A stretch of DNA of 29,293 bases, taken from IMG/VR virus record IMGVR_UViG_3300005805_005733, positions 1 to 29,293 of that record. One strand, written 5' to 3'. A program made the translations under genes and the position numbers. The DNA is from a virus. Its lineage: Duplodnaviria > Caudoviricetes. Below are positions 17,848 through 26,746 of this stretch, in pieces. The notes under the pieces were generated by a model that searched no databases, was not told the origin of the DNA, and worked only from the letters and a program-made list of their open reading frames with translations. Position 1 is the first letter of the stretch. The number at the start of each line of letters is the position of its first letter.

Positions 17848-20112
17848 TTATACCGCAATACCATCAATAAATTTTGAAACCAAAACCCGATTCACTTGCC
17901 GTTTTTTATTGTATTTCAAAAAAGCAGTAGTCAATTTTGTTGCGGTAATCTTTTTAGTTTCATCAATTTCAAGTTCACCGTCATCAATCTGCAAATTATT
18001 GCCGCCTGGTACAATGAAAAAGCTTTTAAACCCTGGTTTTTTCGACAATAGAAACTTTTCTTTTTTCAATTTCTTTATTAAGACACTTGCGGCTTCTTTT
18101 CTTTCATGGTAGTTTTCGATTCTTTCATAGAAGTTTTTGGTTTCATTTTCAGTATAGAAATTTTTACAAATAGCACCATTCATACTGGAGGCATTTTCTT
18201 CTGTTATAAAGAAACCAAAAACATTTGCGCCAGTTTTTTGTTTATACCATTTCAAAACAGAAGAATTTAAAGTATCATGTTCCAACTTATCTTCAAAATG
18301 AATTTTATTGTCACGAAGTACAACATTAAAATAATTTGTTGCAAACCTACCAATTAAAGGTGAACCGTCATCATCGTGGCCAGTATGATAATGAGATAGT
18401 CCATCTGCATCACCATCATGAACAATCACCAAGTTTACAATATCCAAATTATTTACTTTTCTAAACTCTTGTGTGATTGCTTCAGTAGCAACAATAGCTT
18501 CAGTCAGAGGTGTATTTGACAAACCTTCTGCAGCAGGATAATCATTATCATATCTATATTTTCGACCAAATCCATTCATCAAACAAACCATATTTTTTAA
18601 AGCATTGTTGAATTCAGCATTACTCATTCTTGAATTAATATATTCTCTAAGGAATACAGCATTCATATGAAGATCACCAACTTTGTGTTTGAAGAAACTA
18701 TCATTCTCAACGATATCATCGGTTTCTTTATCGATATAATAACCACCGGTATTATTTCCAAACCCATAAACTGAAAAAGGAATATTTACTTTTCTACAGA
18801 ACATAGCCAAAACTAAAATTTGTTCAATAGACCCTTTCAGATTATTTGACATTGACCCAGATTTGTCTAGAAGCAAAATCAAACCATGAGATTTGCCTTT
18901 AGGTATTCTCATCATTTTTTTGAAAATAGAGTCATCAAATTTATATTTGTAAAGTTTCGATACGTCAATATCTCCCGTGTTTGAAGTTTTAGCTTTCGCA
19001 TAGCAAGAAGCCGCCTTCTTCATTTCAAATTCTTTGGCCAGCAAAGAAATGAATCGTTCATTTTTTCTTTTAAAACTATTCAACAAATCATTTTTATTTG
19101 AATAGTAAGTATAATGATCTGTCAAAAGTGTTTGTACACGAGCTGCTGGCGTAATAATATTTTTCAGAACGGGAGTAGGCAAAGTAAGATAGATATATTC
19201 TTTACACTTTTCATCGAGCAGAGTATTTTCATTCATACGAAACGCATCATCTGTTTCGCAGAATGGTTGAAACATATCTTTGTTTGCTAGAGTTGATTCC
19301 TTATTTCGATTCACCGAAAAAGATTCACCTTCTTCTTTATTTTCTTCATTTGATTCGGTGTCAAATTTATTAGAACTACCAAAATCTTCACCTTCTTCAC
19401 CATTTTTTTCAGATCGAGAAAATGATTTTCCATTTTTCTTTGAATCATCAGAATCGAAACCTTCTTCAGATTCTTCAAATTCAAATTCATATTCACCATT
19501 TTCATCAAATTCGAATTGATCGAAATCTAATTCTTGTATCATTTCAAACTGTTCATCTTTGGAATAATCCCAAACAAGACCAGTAACACGTAAAACATCT
19601 TCCCAAGTTTCACAACGCATAACTTCTTCTACAAGATTTTGTTCAAAACCAGTAAAAGTAATATCAATAGTTCCAGAAGATTTTGTGAAAAGGTTCAATC
19701 GATTAATGAAGGACATTTTATTGAGGTCTTTACCTTTAACCTCAAAGAAATTTCTTTCCATCAATTCATTGTAAGCAGTAACAAAAGACCTACGAATACC
19801 AGGATACTTTCGTTTTATTTTTTTCTCAATGCGAGCATCTTCAATAACATTCAAAAATGATTTATAGTTTTTGCCCTTGTCGCAAACGGCATCATGCCAA
19901 CCTTGAGCAGGAGTGTACAAAGCGTGACCCACTTCATGACCCATCAAAAGATCATAAAGTGTTCCCGACATATCTTTCCATATAGGACAATATAAAACCC
20001 GATTCTTTGGATCGAATCGGGCTGTACGAATCTTTTGATGTTCAATTCGCAAGTTTTCGGTGGCAAGGAGTTTTGCCAATTGCGACTTGGTCTCTGCGGT
20101 AAAAGTTGTCAT
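17848..20112 (-). CDS. CobT-like protein: N-terminal HExxH metallopeptidase-like domain, acidic linker, VWA domain (likely start ATG 20112)
   Basis: GHEVGHALYT, NVIEDARIE, MIDAS DKSGSM, NTPL.EA, HDGD; adjacent to the CobS-like AAA. Confidence 0.85.
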   Translation of the reverse strand: MTTFTAETKSQLAKLLATENLRIEHQKIRTARFDPKNRVLYCPIWKDMSGTLYDLLMGHEVGHALYTPAQGWHDAVCDKGKNYKSFLNVIEDARIEKKIKRKYPGIRRSFVTAYNELMERNFFEVKGKDLNKMSFINRLNLFTKSSGTIDITFTGFEQNLVEEVMRCETWEDVLRVTGLVWDYSKDEQFEMIQELDFDQFEFDENGEYEFEFEESEEGFDSDDSKKNGKSFSRSEKNGEEGEDFGSSNKFDTESNEENKEEGESFSVNRNKESTLANKDMFQPFCETDDAFRMNENTLLDEKCKEYIYLTLPTPVLKNIITPAARVQTLLTDHYTYYSNKNDLLNSFKRKNERFISLLAKEFEMKKAASCYAKAKTSNTGDIDVSKLYKYKFDDSIFKKMMRIPKGKSHGLILLLDKSGSMSNNLKGSIEQILVLAMFCRKVNIPFSVYGFGNNTGGYYIDKETDDIVENDSFFKHKVGDLHMNAVFLREYINSRMSNAEFNNALKNMVCLMNGFGRKYRYDNDYPAAEGLSNTPLTEAIVATEAITQEFRKVNNLDIVNLVIVHDGDADGLSHYHTGHDDDGSPLIGRFATNYFNVVLRDNKIHFEDKLEHDTLNSSVLKWYKQKTGANVFGFFITEENASSMNGAICKNFYTENETKNFYERIENYHERKEAASVLIKKLKKEKFLLSKKPGFKSFFIVPGGNNLQIDDGELEIDETKKITATKLTTAFLKYNKKRQVNRVLVSKFIDGIAV

Positions 20113-20140
20113 TTGGATACCTTTTCTATCGTATAAGGAT

Positions 20141-20169
20141 ATTATAACACAGGAAAAAGGAAAAGTCAA
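20141..20169 (-). promoter_or_regulatory. sigma70 promoter with extended -10
   Basis: TTGACT-N17-TATAAT with TGTG before the -10. Confidence 0.8.
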
Positions 20170-20212
20170 GCCGTTGTTTTTTTAACAACTGTTGCTAATT
20201 TGATAACATGGG

Positions 20213-20275
20213 TGGAGCGGATAAGAGGAGTTAAACCTCTCTACCTGCGGGGGCAGGCTGTCTCGGACTCTCCGC
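20213..20275 (-). ncRNA. Minimal, non-canonical tRNA-Gly-like RNA (63 nt, encoded CCA)
   Basis: GCGGAGA-GTCCGAGACA-GCCTGC CCCC GCAGGT-AG-AGAGG TTTAACT CCTCT-TATCCGC-T-CCA. It has an acceptor stem, U73, a T arm with 7-nt loop, a reduced D region and a C-rich anticodon-like loop. Confidence 0.75.
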
Positions 20276-20287
20276 ATTTCAGATACA

Positions 20288-20316
20288 ATTATATAGGAAC
20301 TTTCTTGAATTGTCAA
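20288..20316 (-). promoter_or_regulatory. Perfect sigma70 promoter driving the tRNA-like RNA
   Basis: TTGACA(20311-16)-N17-TATAAT(20288-93); predicted start a few nt before G1 at 20275. Confidence 0.85.
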
Positions 20317-20321
20317 GCGTT

Positions 20322-21599
20322 TTATCGACCTACTTGCGGCAAATATTTTTCTTTTGTTTCTTCCCAGCTCAAGAAACACAAGTCATCATAGAATAGTGTA
20401 TCGTAAGACACTTTATTCTTTTTTGCCAATTGTTTAATTCTTGGTTTGGCATGCTTACTCTTCCAAATTTCTACCAAAGATTCGACACTGGTATCAAATA
20501 ACTTATTCATATTTTTTCCATCATGATCGCCACGTAAAAATTCACAAGACTTATCATATAACGGAGAAAAATAAATTCCTCTAGCATGTTCAGAACGAAT
20601 CAATTCTTTTGGTATGTTTAACTGTGTGTATGTAAAATTTAAAGATCGATTTTTATGATCTCTTTTATGTGGTTGTCCAGAAGGTTTCTTTGCAACATAC
20701 CATTCAAAATATTTTCTCGTATGATTCGTTTTTAACCACTCACGTATCATATATCTAGTATCCGTCAAAGGTTCAAAAGAAACTGATCCAGAAGTGAATC
20801 CCATCGGCAGCCAATGATCTAGATTATCATACTGTGATAATCCACCAGCTTTTGTTTTACCATATAATGATGTAGTAGTTACAGATACTAATTTATCACC
20901 GTAAAGTTTTTCCCACAACTGCTGCACCGGATCGGACAAACATAGTAATGCAAGCAATTTGCCACCAACATAATTATAACCCAAAGGTTGTAAAGGGACG
21001 ATTGTTGATCCTATAGCTGTATGATTAATCATACCACCTTGTGTTTTCAATTCTCTCGACCAACCAATAAAGTTATCTCTTGGTGTCAAATCCAAAAAGT
21101 CGGAACTAATACAGATAACGCCAAGATATTTTTTACTTATCTTGTCACGAACTATGAAATTTAAATTACGACCAATATTTGAGTTGTTCTTCATCGTAGA
21201 AGAAAATGTTCGTATAGTATTCCATAATTCTGGTAGACCATCTTCTTTATTTGTATAAATCAACTCTGGTTGTAGATTTAGATAATCATCGGGTGATGTA
21301 GGTATCCAAAAATTATTTTTAATCTCTTCAATCGACCTTCTTTGGTCATCGTCTATGAGAACTTTCTTTTCACCTTCCCATAGGTCGTTGACCAACATCG
21401 TAGGATATTTTTCTTGAACCTCACACCACTTTTGAAACAGTGTGTATTCTTTAACATCCATACCAGATACATACGTGAGTTCTTTTATAGTTTTCTCACG
21501 TAGATGATCGACATCTATATTTTGATATTCAATACCAGAGTTTTGCCATTTATTCCACTGGGATTCAACATCATCTTTAGGATCAAAACTATACGGCAT
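20322..21599 (-). CDS. DUF4338/DruA-like protein (putative GNAT-like fold), paralog 2
   Basis: 425 aa; GRNLNFIV.D, IVPLQPLGYNYVGGKLLA, TTTSLYG, SQYD. Confidence 0.7.
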   Translation of the reverse strand: MPYSFDPKDDVESQWNKWQNSGIEYQNIDVDHLREKTIKELTYVSGMDVKEYTLFQKWCEVQEKYPTMLVNDLWEGEKKVLIDDDQRRSIEEIKNNFWIPTSPDDYLNLQPELIYTNKEDGLPELWNTIRTFSSTMKNNSNIGRNLNFIVRDKISKKYLGVICISSDFLDLTPRDNFIGWSRELKTQGGMINHTAIGSTIVPLQPLGYNYVGGKLLALLCLSDPVQQLWEKLYGDKLVSVTTTSLYGKTKAGGLSQYDNLDHWLPMGFTSGSVSFEPLTDTRYMIREWLKTNHTRKYFEWYVAKKPSGQPHKRDHKNRSLNFTYTQLNIPKELIRSEHARGIYFSPLYDKSCEFLRGDHDGKNMNKLFDTSVESLVEIWKSKHAKPRIKQLAKKNKVSYDTLFYDDLCFLSWEETKEKYLPQVGR

Positions 21600-22173
21600 T
21601 TTTCATCTGTCTCTTCACGGTTTTAATTTTCTTCTTTTGCTTTTGTTCAGCCATTCTTATTGCAACTGGTCCAACATACTTTGTAAATTTTATTCCATTC
21701 ATGTGGTCAGTTTCGTGTAAGAAACAACGTGCAGTTAACCCTTGGAACCATTCTCTATGAACTTCTCCATTTTCATCCGTGTATTCAGCAAGAACAGATT
21801 TTGGCCTTTCAACTTTCATAAACATAGCAGGAAAGGACAAACAACCTTCTATCTGTCTTTCTTTTTCTTCCGAAACTTCCAATACTTTAGGGTTGATACA
21901 TGCAATTTGAAATTGATCTGTACCCATAACAAAAACACGTTTTCGTATGTTACATTGGTTGGCTGAAAGACCTACACCACCATAAATCTTCATAGTCTCT
22001 TTCATACTTTTTACCAAATCGTACATATTTTTATTTGGTAAAGGTTCAGTATACTCTGGCATAACTTCTCTTAACATCGGATGTTTATCAGAATACACAA
22101 TTAATAGTTGTGTTTTTTCTTCTTTAATCTTTGTTAAGCCTTCAGAAGTATCAATAGTTAAAACATCACTCAT
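21589..22173 (-). CDS. def: Peptide deformylase
   Basis: GVGLSANQ, EGCLS, HETDH motifs. Confidence 0.96.
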   Translation of the reverse strand: MSDVLTIDTSEGLTKIKEEKTQLLIVYSDKHPMLREVMPEYTEPLPNKNMYDLVKSMKETMKIYGGVGLSANQCNIRKRVFVMGTDQFQIACINPKVLEVSEEKERQIEGCLSFPAMFMKVERPKSVLAEYTDENGEVHREWFQGLTARCFLHETDHMNGIKFTKYVGPVAIRMAEQKQKKKIKTVKRQMKNAV

Positions 22174-22177
22174 AACT

Positions 22178-22951
22178 TTATCCTATCCTAGGTTTATCAT
22201 TTATATTTTCCATAATTTTTTTGTATTCCCAATCTTCACGGGAATCACACATCAATACATTTACATCAAGCATCTCACGAAGTGCTAAAGGTAAAGGAAA
22301 AGGAACATGCATTGTTTGTAAAGCATTTTTCATAAACATCACCAATAAAGATTGATAAGTGTTTACATACCTTTTTTGGCACATGTAAGCTTTATTATCA
22401 CCAATCGCAAAAACTCTCCAATTTTTATTATTGTATTTCGCCAAACTAAATTCTATGGCAGCACTGTTCACACCAGGATACTCGTAATCGTTGAAATCGT
22501 CAAGCACTATTATTCCTTGGTCTAACATATAGTGACTAAAGAATTGTAAATCACTCAACACGGCAGAATGTTCGTGGCAACCATCGATATGCAGGAATCG
22601 TAAACGTCTATCGAAAAGTTTTTGACTGTGTTCTAGATTGGTAGTATCTTCTATTCTCCAAACTAAATTGTCAGGCATGCCAAATTTATTAATATTTTCT
22701 AAACACTTATCATAAACTTCTTGTGGAAAGATATCATAAAGGTACAATTTATCTTCTGATTTTTTAAAGTTGGAAATGGCAATAGCACTTTTACCATAAG
22801 CTACTCCAATTTCACATAGGTCACCTGAAATATTTCTTTGCATTTCGTTCAATATTCCATACATAACAATTATGTCGATTGGATAAAACCATCCTTCAAC
22901 TTCTTTGTCTACAACATCTCGAAACCAGGTTAAATATTCTTGAAAATTCAT
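22178..22951 (-). CDS. Class I SAM-dependent methyltransferase (Methyltransf_24-like)
   Basis: CEIGVAYGKS, LHIDGCH, VLDDF, PGV. Confidence 0.85.
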   Translation of the reverse strand: MNFQEYLTWFRDVVDKEVEGWFYPIDIIVMYGILNEMQRNISGDLCEIGVAYGKSAIAISNFKKSEDKLYLYDIFPQEVYDKCLENINKFGMPDNLVWRIEDTTNLEHSQKLFDRRLRFLHIDGCHEHSAVLSDLQFFSHYMLDQGIIVLDDFNDYEYPGVNSAAIEFSLAKYNNKNWRVFAIGDNKAYMCQKRYVNTYQSLLVMFMKNALQTMHVPFPLPLALREMLDVNVLMCDSREDWEYKKIMENINDKPRIG

Positions 22952-24660
22952 TTTACTATCCTAGAAAAATTCTTCTCTTTTGCAAATCGTATTACATTTA
23001 TAAATTTATCCTGTAGTATATCACCCTTATGTGAGATCACAAATAAATTTACACCTTCTAACATGTGCAACAACTTCATCAGTTCATCTGTACCAGTAGA
23101 ATCTAATGAAGAATCAAACGTTTCATCCAATATCAACAAGTTTGTGTTTGAAGAGTTCTTCAATTTTGCAATTGCTCTCCACGTCAACATTAATGCCATA
23201 TCAATTCTTTGTTTTTCACCTTCAGAAAAATTGTGATAACTAAACTCATCTCGGTGTCTAGACTTGATTGTTTCTTTGAATGATTCGTCTAGGTTGAAAT
23301 TAACAAAGAAATCTAAAGAAGCTAAATACTTGTTTACTAATTTGTTTATAATTGGTAAATACTGTTTTACAATCTTCGTTTTAATACCAGTATCTTTTAA
23401 TAAATTAGAAGCAAATTCATAATAGGTTTTTTCGTCAATAAGTTCTTTCAACTCTTCTTGCATTTTGTTTAATGCAGACTTCAATTCTTTTAATGTATTC
23501 TCTTCTTTCTGAGTACTGGTTTTATTGTTTTTAAGTTCAACAATTAAAGACTGTAACTTACTAATATATTTGTTTATACCCGTAATTGAGGCATTCTTAG
23601 TAGCAATTTCAACTTGAATTCTTTGTATTTCTTTTTGTTTCTCTACTATATCATTTAACTTTTGTTGTTCTTCATTGAGTTTAGTTTCAAGTTCAGTAAG
23701 GCCTTGCTTAGATTCTTCGACTCTTCCAGTAAGTGACTCAATTTCTTTTTCTTTAATTTCCACGGCAATGGCTTGTCTGCACGTTGGACAATCATCATGA
23801 TGTCGGAAAAAATCAATATCTTTGTTGAATTTGGTGATATTACTTTCAATCTGCGATTCAAGTTTTGAAATCTTTTTGACTTTTGTTTCAACGTCCAACT
23901 TGTTCGAAACGGCAGTTTGTAATTCTTCAATACTAGTTGTGTGTTCTGTAACTTCCGCATGTAAGGCTTCCAAGGCACCATTATTAGTTTGTATCTCATT
24001 CTCATATTCGGTTACCTTGGCATCAGTATCTAAATTTAATTTATCTAAATGATCTTTCTTTAACTTATATTCCTGTGAACACAGTTCAATGTCATTCTTT
24101 TTTATTGAAGCGTTCTCTTTGTTCTTTGAAATTTTTTCTTTTACAATATTGTTCATCGTAGAAAAAATTTGTATGTCTAACAAATCTTCAATGATTGACC
24201 TGCGATCAGATGCGGACAATTGCATGAAGGGTGTAAACGATGCTGAACCTAGAATTACAATTTGCGTGAAAGATTTATAATTCATCTTCAGAATAAATCT
24301 TTCCAGATAATCTTGATAATCTCTAGATGCAGCCTCTTGATTCAACAATTCGTTGTTGCAATAAATCTCAAAAATATTTGGTTTAATACCTCTTACAATT
24401 CTATATGATTTATTATTGGTATCAAAAGTAACTTCAACTACACAATCTTTGCCATTGATTGAATTAATAAGGTTTGGTTTGTTTATATTTCTAAATGCTT
24501 TTCCAAAAAGCGCAAAACATAAAGCATCAAGTAAAGTAGATTTACCTGAACCGTTTTCACCAACAATAAGAGTATTACTTTGGTTGTCTAATTTTATTTC
24601 TGTAAAGTTGTTACCTGTACTTAACAGGTTTTTCCACTTTATATTCCTAAAAAGTAGCAC
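22948..24660 (-). CDS. gp46: Recombination endonuclease ATPase subunit (gp46, Rad50/SbcC-like)
   Basis: GENGSGKST, CPTC zinc hook, FSEGEK signature, LILDE, ISH. Confidence 0.97.
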   Translation of the reverse strand: MLLFRNIKWKNLLSTGNNFTEIKLDNQSNTLIVGENGSGKSTLLDALCFALFGKAFRNINKPNLINSINGKDCVVEVTFDTNNKSYRIVRGIKPNIFEIYCNNELLNQEAASRDYQDYLERFILKMNYKSFTQIVILGSASFTPFMQLSASDRRSIIEDLLDIQIFSTMNNIVKEKISKNKENASIKKNDIELCSQEYKLKKDHLDKLNLDTDAKVTEYENEIQTNNGALEALHAEVTEHTTSIEELQTAVSNKLDVETKVKKISKLESQIESNITKFNKDIDFFRHHDDCPTCRQAIAVEIKEKEIESLTGRVEESKQGLTELETKLNEEQQKLNDIVEKQKEIQRIQVEIATKNASITGINKYISKLQSLIVELKNNKTSTQKEENTLKELKSALNKMQEELKELIDEKTYYEFASNLLKDTGIKTKIVKQYLPIINKLVNKYLASLDFFVNFNLDESFKETIKSRHRDEFSYHNFSEGEKQRIDMALMLTWRAIAKLKNSSNTNLLILDETFDSSLDSTGTDELMKLLHMLEGVNLFVISHKGDILQDKFINVIRFAKEKNFSRIVK

Positions 24661-25730
24661 TAGTCTGATACCTCAGTATTCAAAGCTTCAATGTAAAGTT
24701 CTCTCATAAGTGTTTTCAATTTATCAGATTCAATATCGATTTCTAAATTATCAATATACTTAGAAAGTATAGTCATAGTATCTTCAGCTTGGTCAATGAT
24801 ATCACTGTCATCACCAAGAACATTCTCACTAAAATCTTCAACTATAGAAAGGTCGCTAAGACCAATTTTATATAAGTTGTCCAAAACATGTTCAAACAAG
24901 AAAGGGTTCTGTTTGTTCAACACGATAACTTTAACATAAGAATCTTTTAGTTTGTTGTAATCGTATTTTTTCCAAAATTCAAAATCGGTTTGTGCATCAT
25001 CATATACAATTTTATTGAACATAACAAAAGTGTTTTTGACGAACTGTAGTTCACGATTGTCGGTATCAAAAATATGAAACCCTTTTGGATCATCAAAATC
25101 AGACCAGGTCATTTCATAAGGAGTACCAACATAGGTAACATTATCTGATGAAGATTTATGGTGAAAATGACCACTTAATACTATATCATACTTGAATAAT
25201 GTCTTTCTGTCAAGCCCACCTTGATGAACATTGCCTCTATCCATTTCGAAACCATCTATTTCAAAATGCCCAAAACATATTTGTGACTTACTACTTTTTA
25301 TTTTTTGAAAGATTTCTTCTTCATTGTCGGCACATAACCAAGGCACTATATCAATATCTACACCATCGAAATTTTCTGTATGAAAGTTTTCAATCAAAAA
25401 TACATTTTCATACTCATTCAACAACAAGTTTGGTGAATTTACTTCTAATGTATTTTTGAATGCCACATCATGGTTACCAACCAAAGCATATAGTTGTATG
25501 TTGTGTTCTTTTAATTTATCAAAGAAATATTTTCTACAAAGATATAGTGAATTGAAATTGATGAACTTTCTACGATCAAACAAATCGCCCATTTGAACGA
25601 CCGTCTTAATATCATTTTCTAATAGGTAAGGAAAGAATACTTCTTCATAAAATTTCTGGAAGTATTTGTGAAAATCTAAAGAATCGCCTCGAGCTCCAAA
25701 ATGAGTGTCACCCAATATACATAATTTCAT
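24660..25730 (-). CDS. gp47: Recombination endonuclease nuclease subunit (gp47, Mre11/SbcD-like)
   Basis: GDTHFG, GDLFD, GNHD, GHF, SGHFH phosphoesterase motifs. Confidence 0.97.
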   Translation of the reverse strand: MKLCILGDTHFGARGDSLDFHKYFQKFYEEVFFPYLLENDIKTVVQMGDLFDRRKFINFNSLYLCRKYFFDKLKEHNIQLYALVGNHDVAFKNTLEVNSPNLLLNEYENVFLIENFHTENFDGVDIDIVPWLCADNEEEIFQKIKSSKSQICFGHFEIDGFEMDRGNVHQGGLDRKTLFKYDIVLSGHFHHKSSSDNVTYVGTPYEMTWSDFDDPKGFHIFDTDNRELQFVKNTFVMFNKIVYDDAQTDFEFWKKYDYNKLKDSYVKVIVLNKQNPFLFEHVLDNLYKIGLSDLSIVEDFSENVLGDDSDIIDQAEDTMTILSKYIDNLEIDIESDKLKTLMRELYIEALNTEVSD

Positions 25731-25733
25731 AAA

Positions 25734-26264
25734 TTATTCTTCTACGAAGTTGTCTACGCCTTTTATTTTACTTTCTTTTTTCTTTCTTTTGTTTTCTTCA
25801 AAGTTTTGAATGAATTCGGAAATGTTATCGTAAAGTTCAAACTGTTTCATGTTACCATTCTCATCTTCATACATTTCACCCTCATCTAAAATGCCGAATT
25901 GTTGAGTTGCTTTATATTTGACATATAATTGCTTCTTCTCTTTCATAATTCGGCGTAAGAAAGCATAATATATGATTTGAGTAAAATAAGCAAATGGATT
26001 ATTACTTTTTGCCGGATTAAAGTTACGGAAATACATAATGCAGTTTTCCACGCCGTCCGAAATCATTTCATCACGGAAAGTATAAGATATAAAGTTAGGT
26101 TTCCTGGAAAGGTGTTCTGCAATTTTCAAAAAACACTCACCAATATAATTTGGAATAGGAGGATCTTCAGTTTTTTCTTTTTTAGCAGTGGCACAATCCT
26201 CATGGTATTTTACCAAAGATGCTAAGAAATCTGCGTTATTGATGTAATGATTCGATTTAGTCAT
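25734..26264 (-). CDS. gp55: Late transcription sigma factor (gp55)
   Basis: HYINN..FL, YIGECFLKIA..LS, NF..Y, EMISDG.ENC, NPFAYFTQI. Confidence 0.96.
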   Translation of the reverse strand: MTKSNHYINNADFLASLVKYHEDCATAKKEKTEDPPIPNYIGECFLKIAEHLSRKPNFISYTFRDEMISDGVENCIMYFRNFNPAKSNNPFAYFTQIIYYAFLRRIMKEKKQLYVKYKATQQFGILDEGEMYEDENGNMKQFELYDNISEFIQNFEENKRKKKESKIKGVDNFVEE

Positions 26265-26283
26265 AATATTGCCTGTAAAAGTG

Positions 26284-26312
26284 TTGACAAACGGCTTGAC
26301 ACATGTTAAAGT
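26284..26312 (+). promoter_or_regulatory. Putative antisense sigma70 promoter facing the 137-aa gene and uvsW
   Basis: TTGACA-N17-TAAAGT with extended TG; second TTGACA at 26296-26301. Confidence 0.55.
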
Positions 26313-26332
26313 GGCGGTGTTCCGTTAGATGA

Positions 26333-26746
26333 TTAATGTAATAGCTTTCCTTCTTTATATCGTTCAATCTCCTCTAGTTCTTCCTCAGTTATCTCTACTT
26401 CATCTTCTTCCTCAAAAGCAGATTCATCATCACTATATAACATAGTCAGTATAGATTCATTTACCATATTTTGGTAATACTCAACTAAAGAATCTTTGGG
26501 ATCAAACATAGTAATAACATCCGAATTATAGATTATAGCAGAATCTTCTTTTATCACTTCAATAGGTAACCAAGGCATCATCATAAAGACAGATTGACTT
26601 CCTTTTTCAGATGGCATCCTCTTAACTATCATTCTCATAGGATTAGTTAAAAGAATCATATCAGTATCATTATCTTCTACAATAGAAGAAATAATATCTT
26701 CACCTGTTTGTAGTCTTACTATTTTTATTGTTGGTTGATTATTCAT
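26333..26746 (-). CDS. Conserved T4-like hypothetical protein between uvsW and gp55 (Sm-like fold possible)
   Basis: IKIVRL.TGEDII, NPM, PWL; acidic tail. Confidence 0.75.
   Translation of the reverse strand: MNNQPTIKIVRLQTGEDIISSIVEDNDTDMILLTNPMRMIVKRMPSEKGSQSVFMMMPWLPIEVIKEDSAIIYNSDVITMFDPKDSLVEYYQNMVNESILTMLYSDDESAFEEEDEVEITEEELEEIERYKEGKLLH

Noticed and set aside
19300-19560. Low-complexity TTC/TCA-rich stretch resembling a repeat array
   Set aside because: Encodes the acidic linker of the CobT-like protein; no regular repeat-spacer structure. No CRISPR array was seen in the window.
20213-20275. Canonical decoding tRNA-Gly(CCC)
   Set aside because: No 7-nt anticodon loop with U33, no D arm and no TTC in the T loop; reported as tRNA-like instead.
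20182-20391. ORFs 20182..20379 (-) and 20200..20391 (+)
   Set aside because: They overlap the promoter and tRNA-like RNA, which explain the sequence better; atypical composition.
392-21599. Complete Druantia defence system
   Set aside because: Only DruA-like genes are present; no DruE-like large helicase or other Dru genes.
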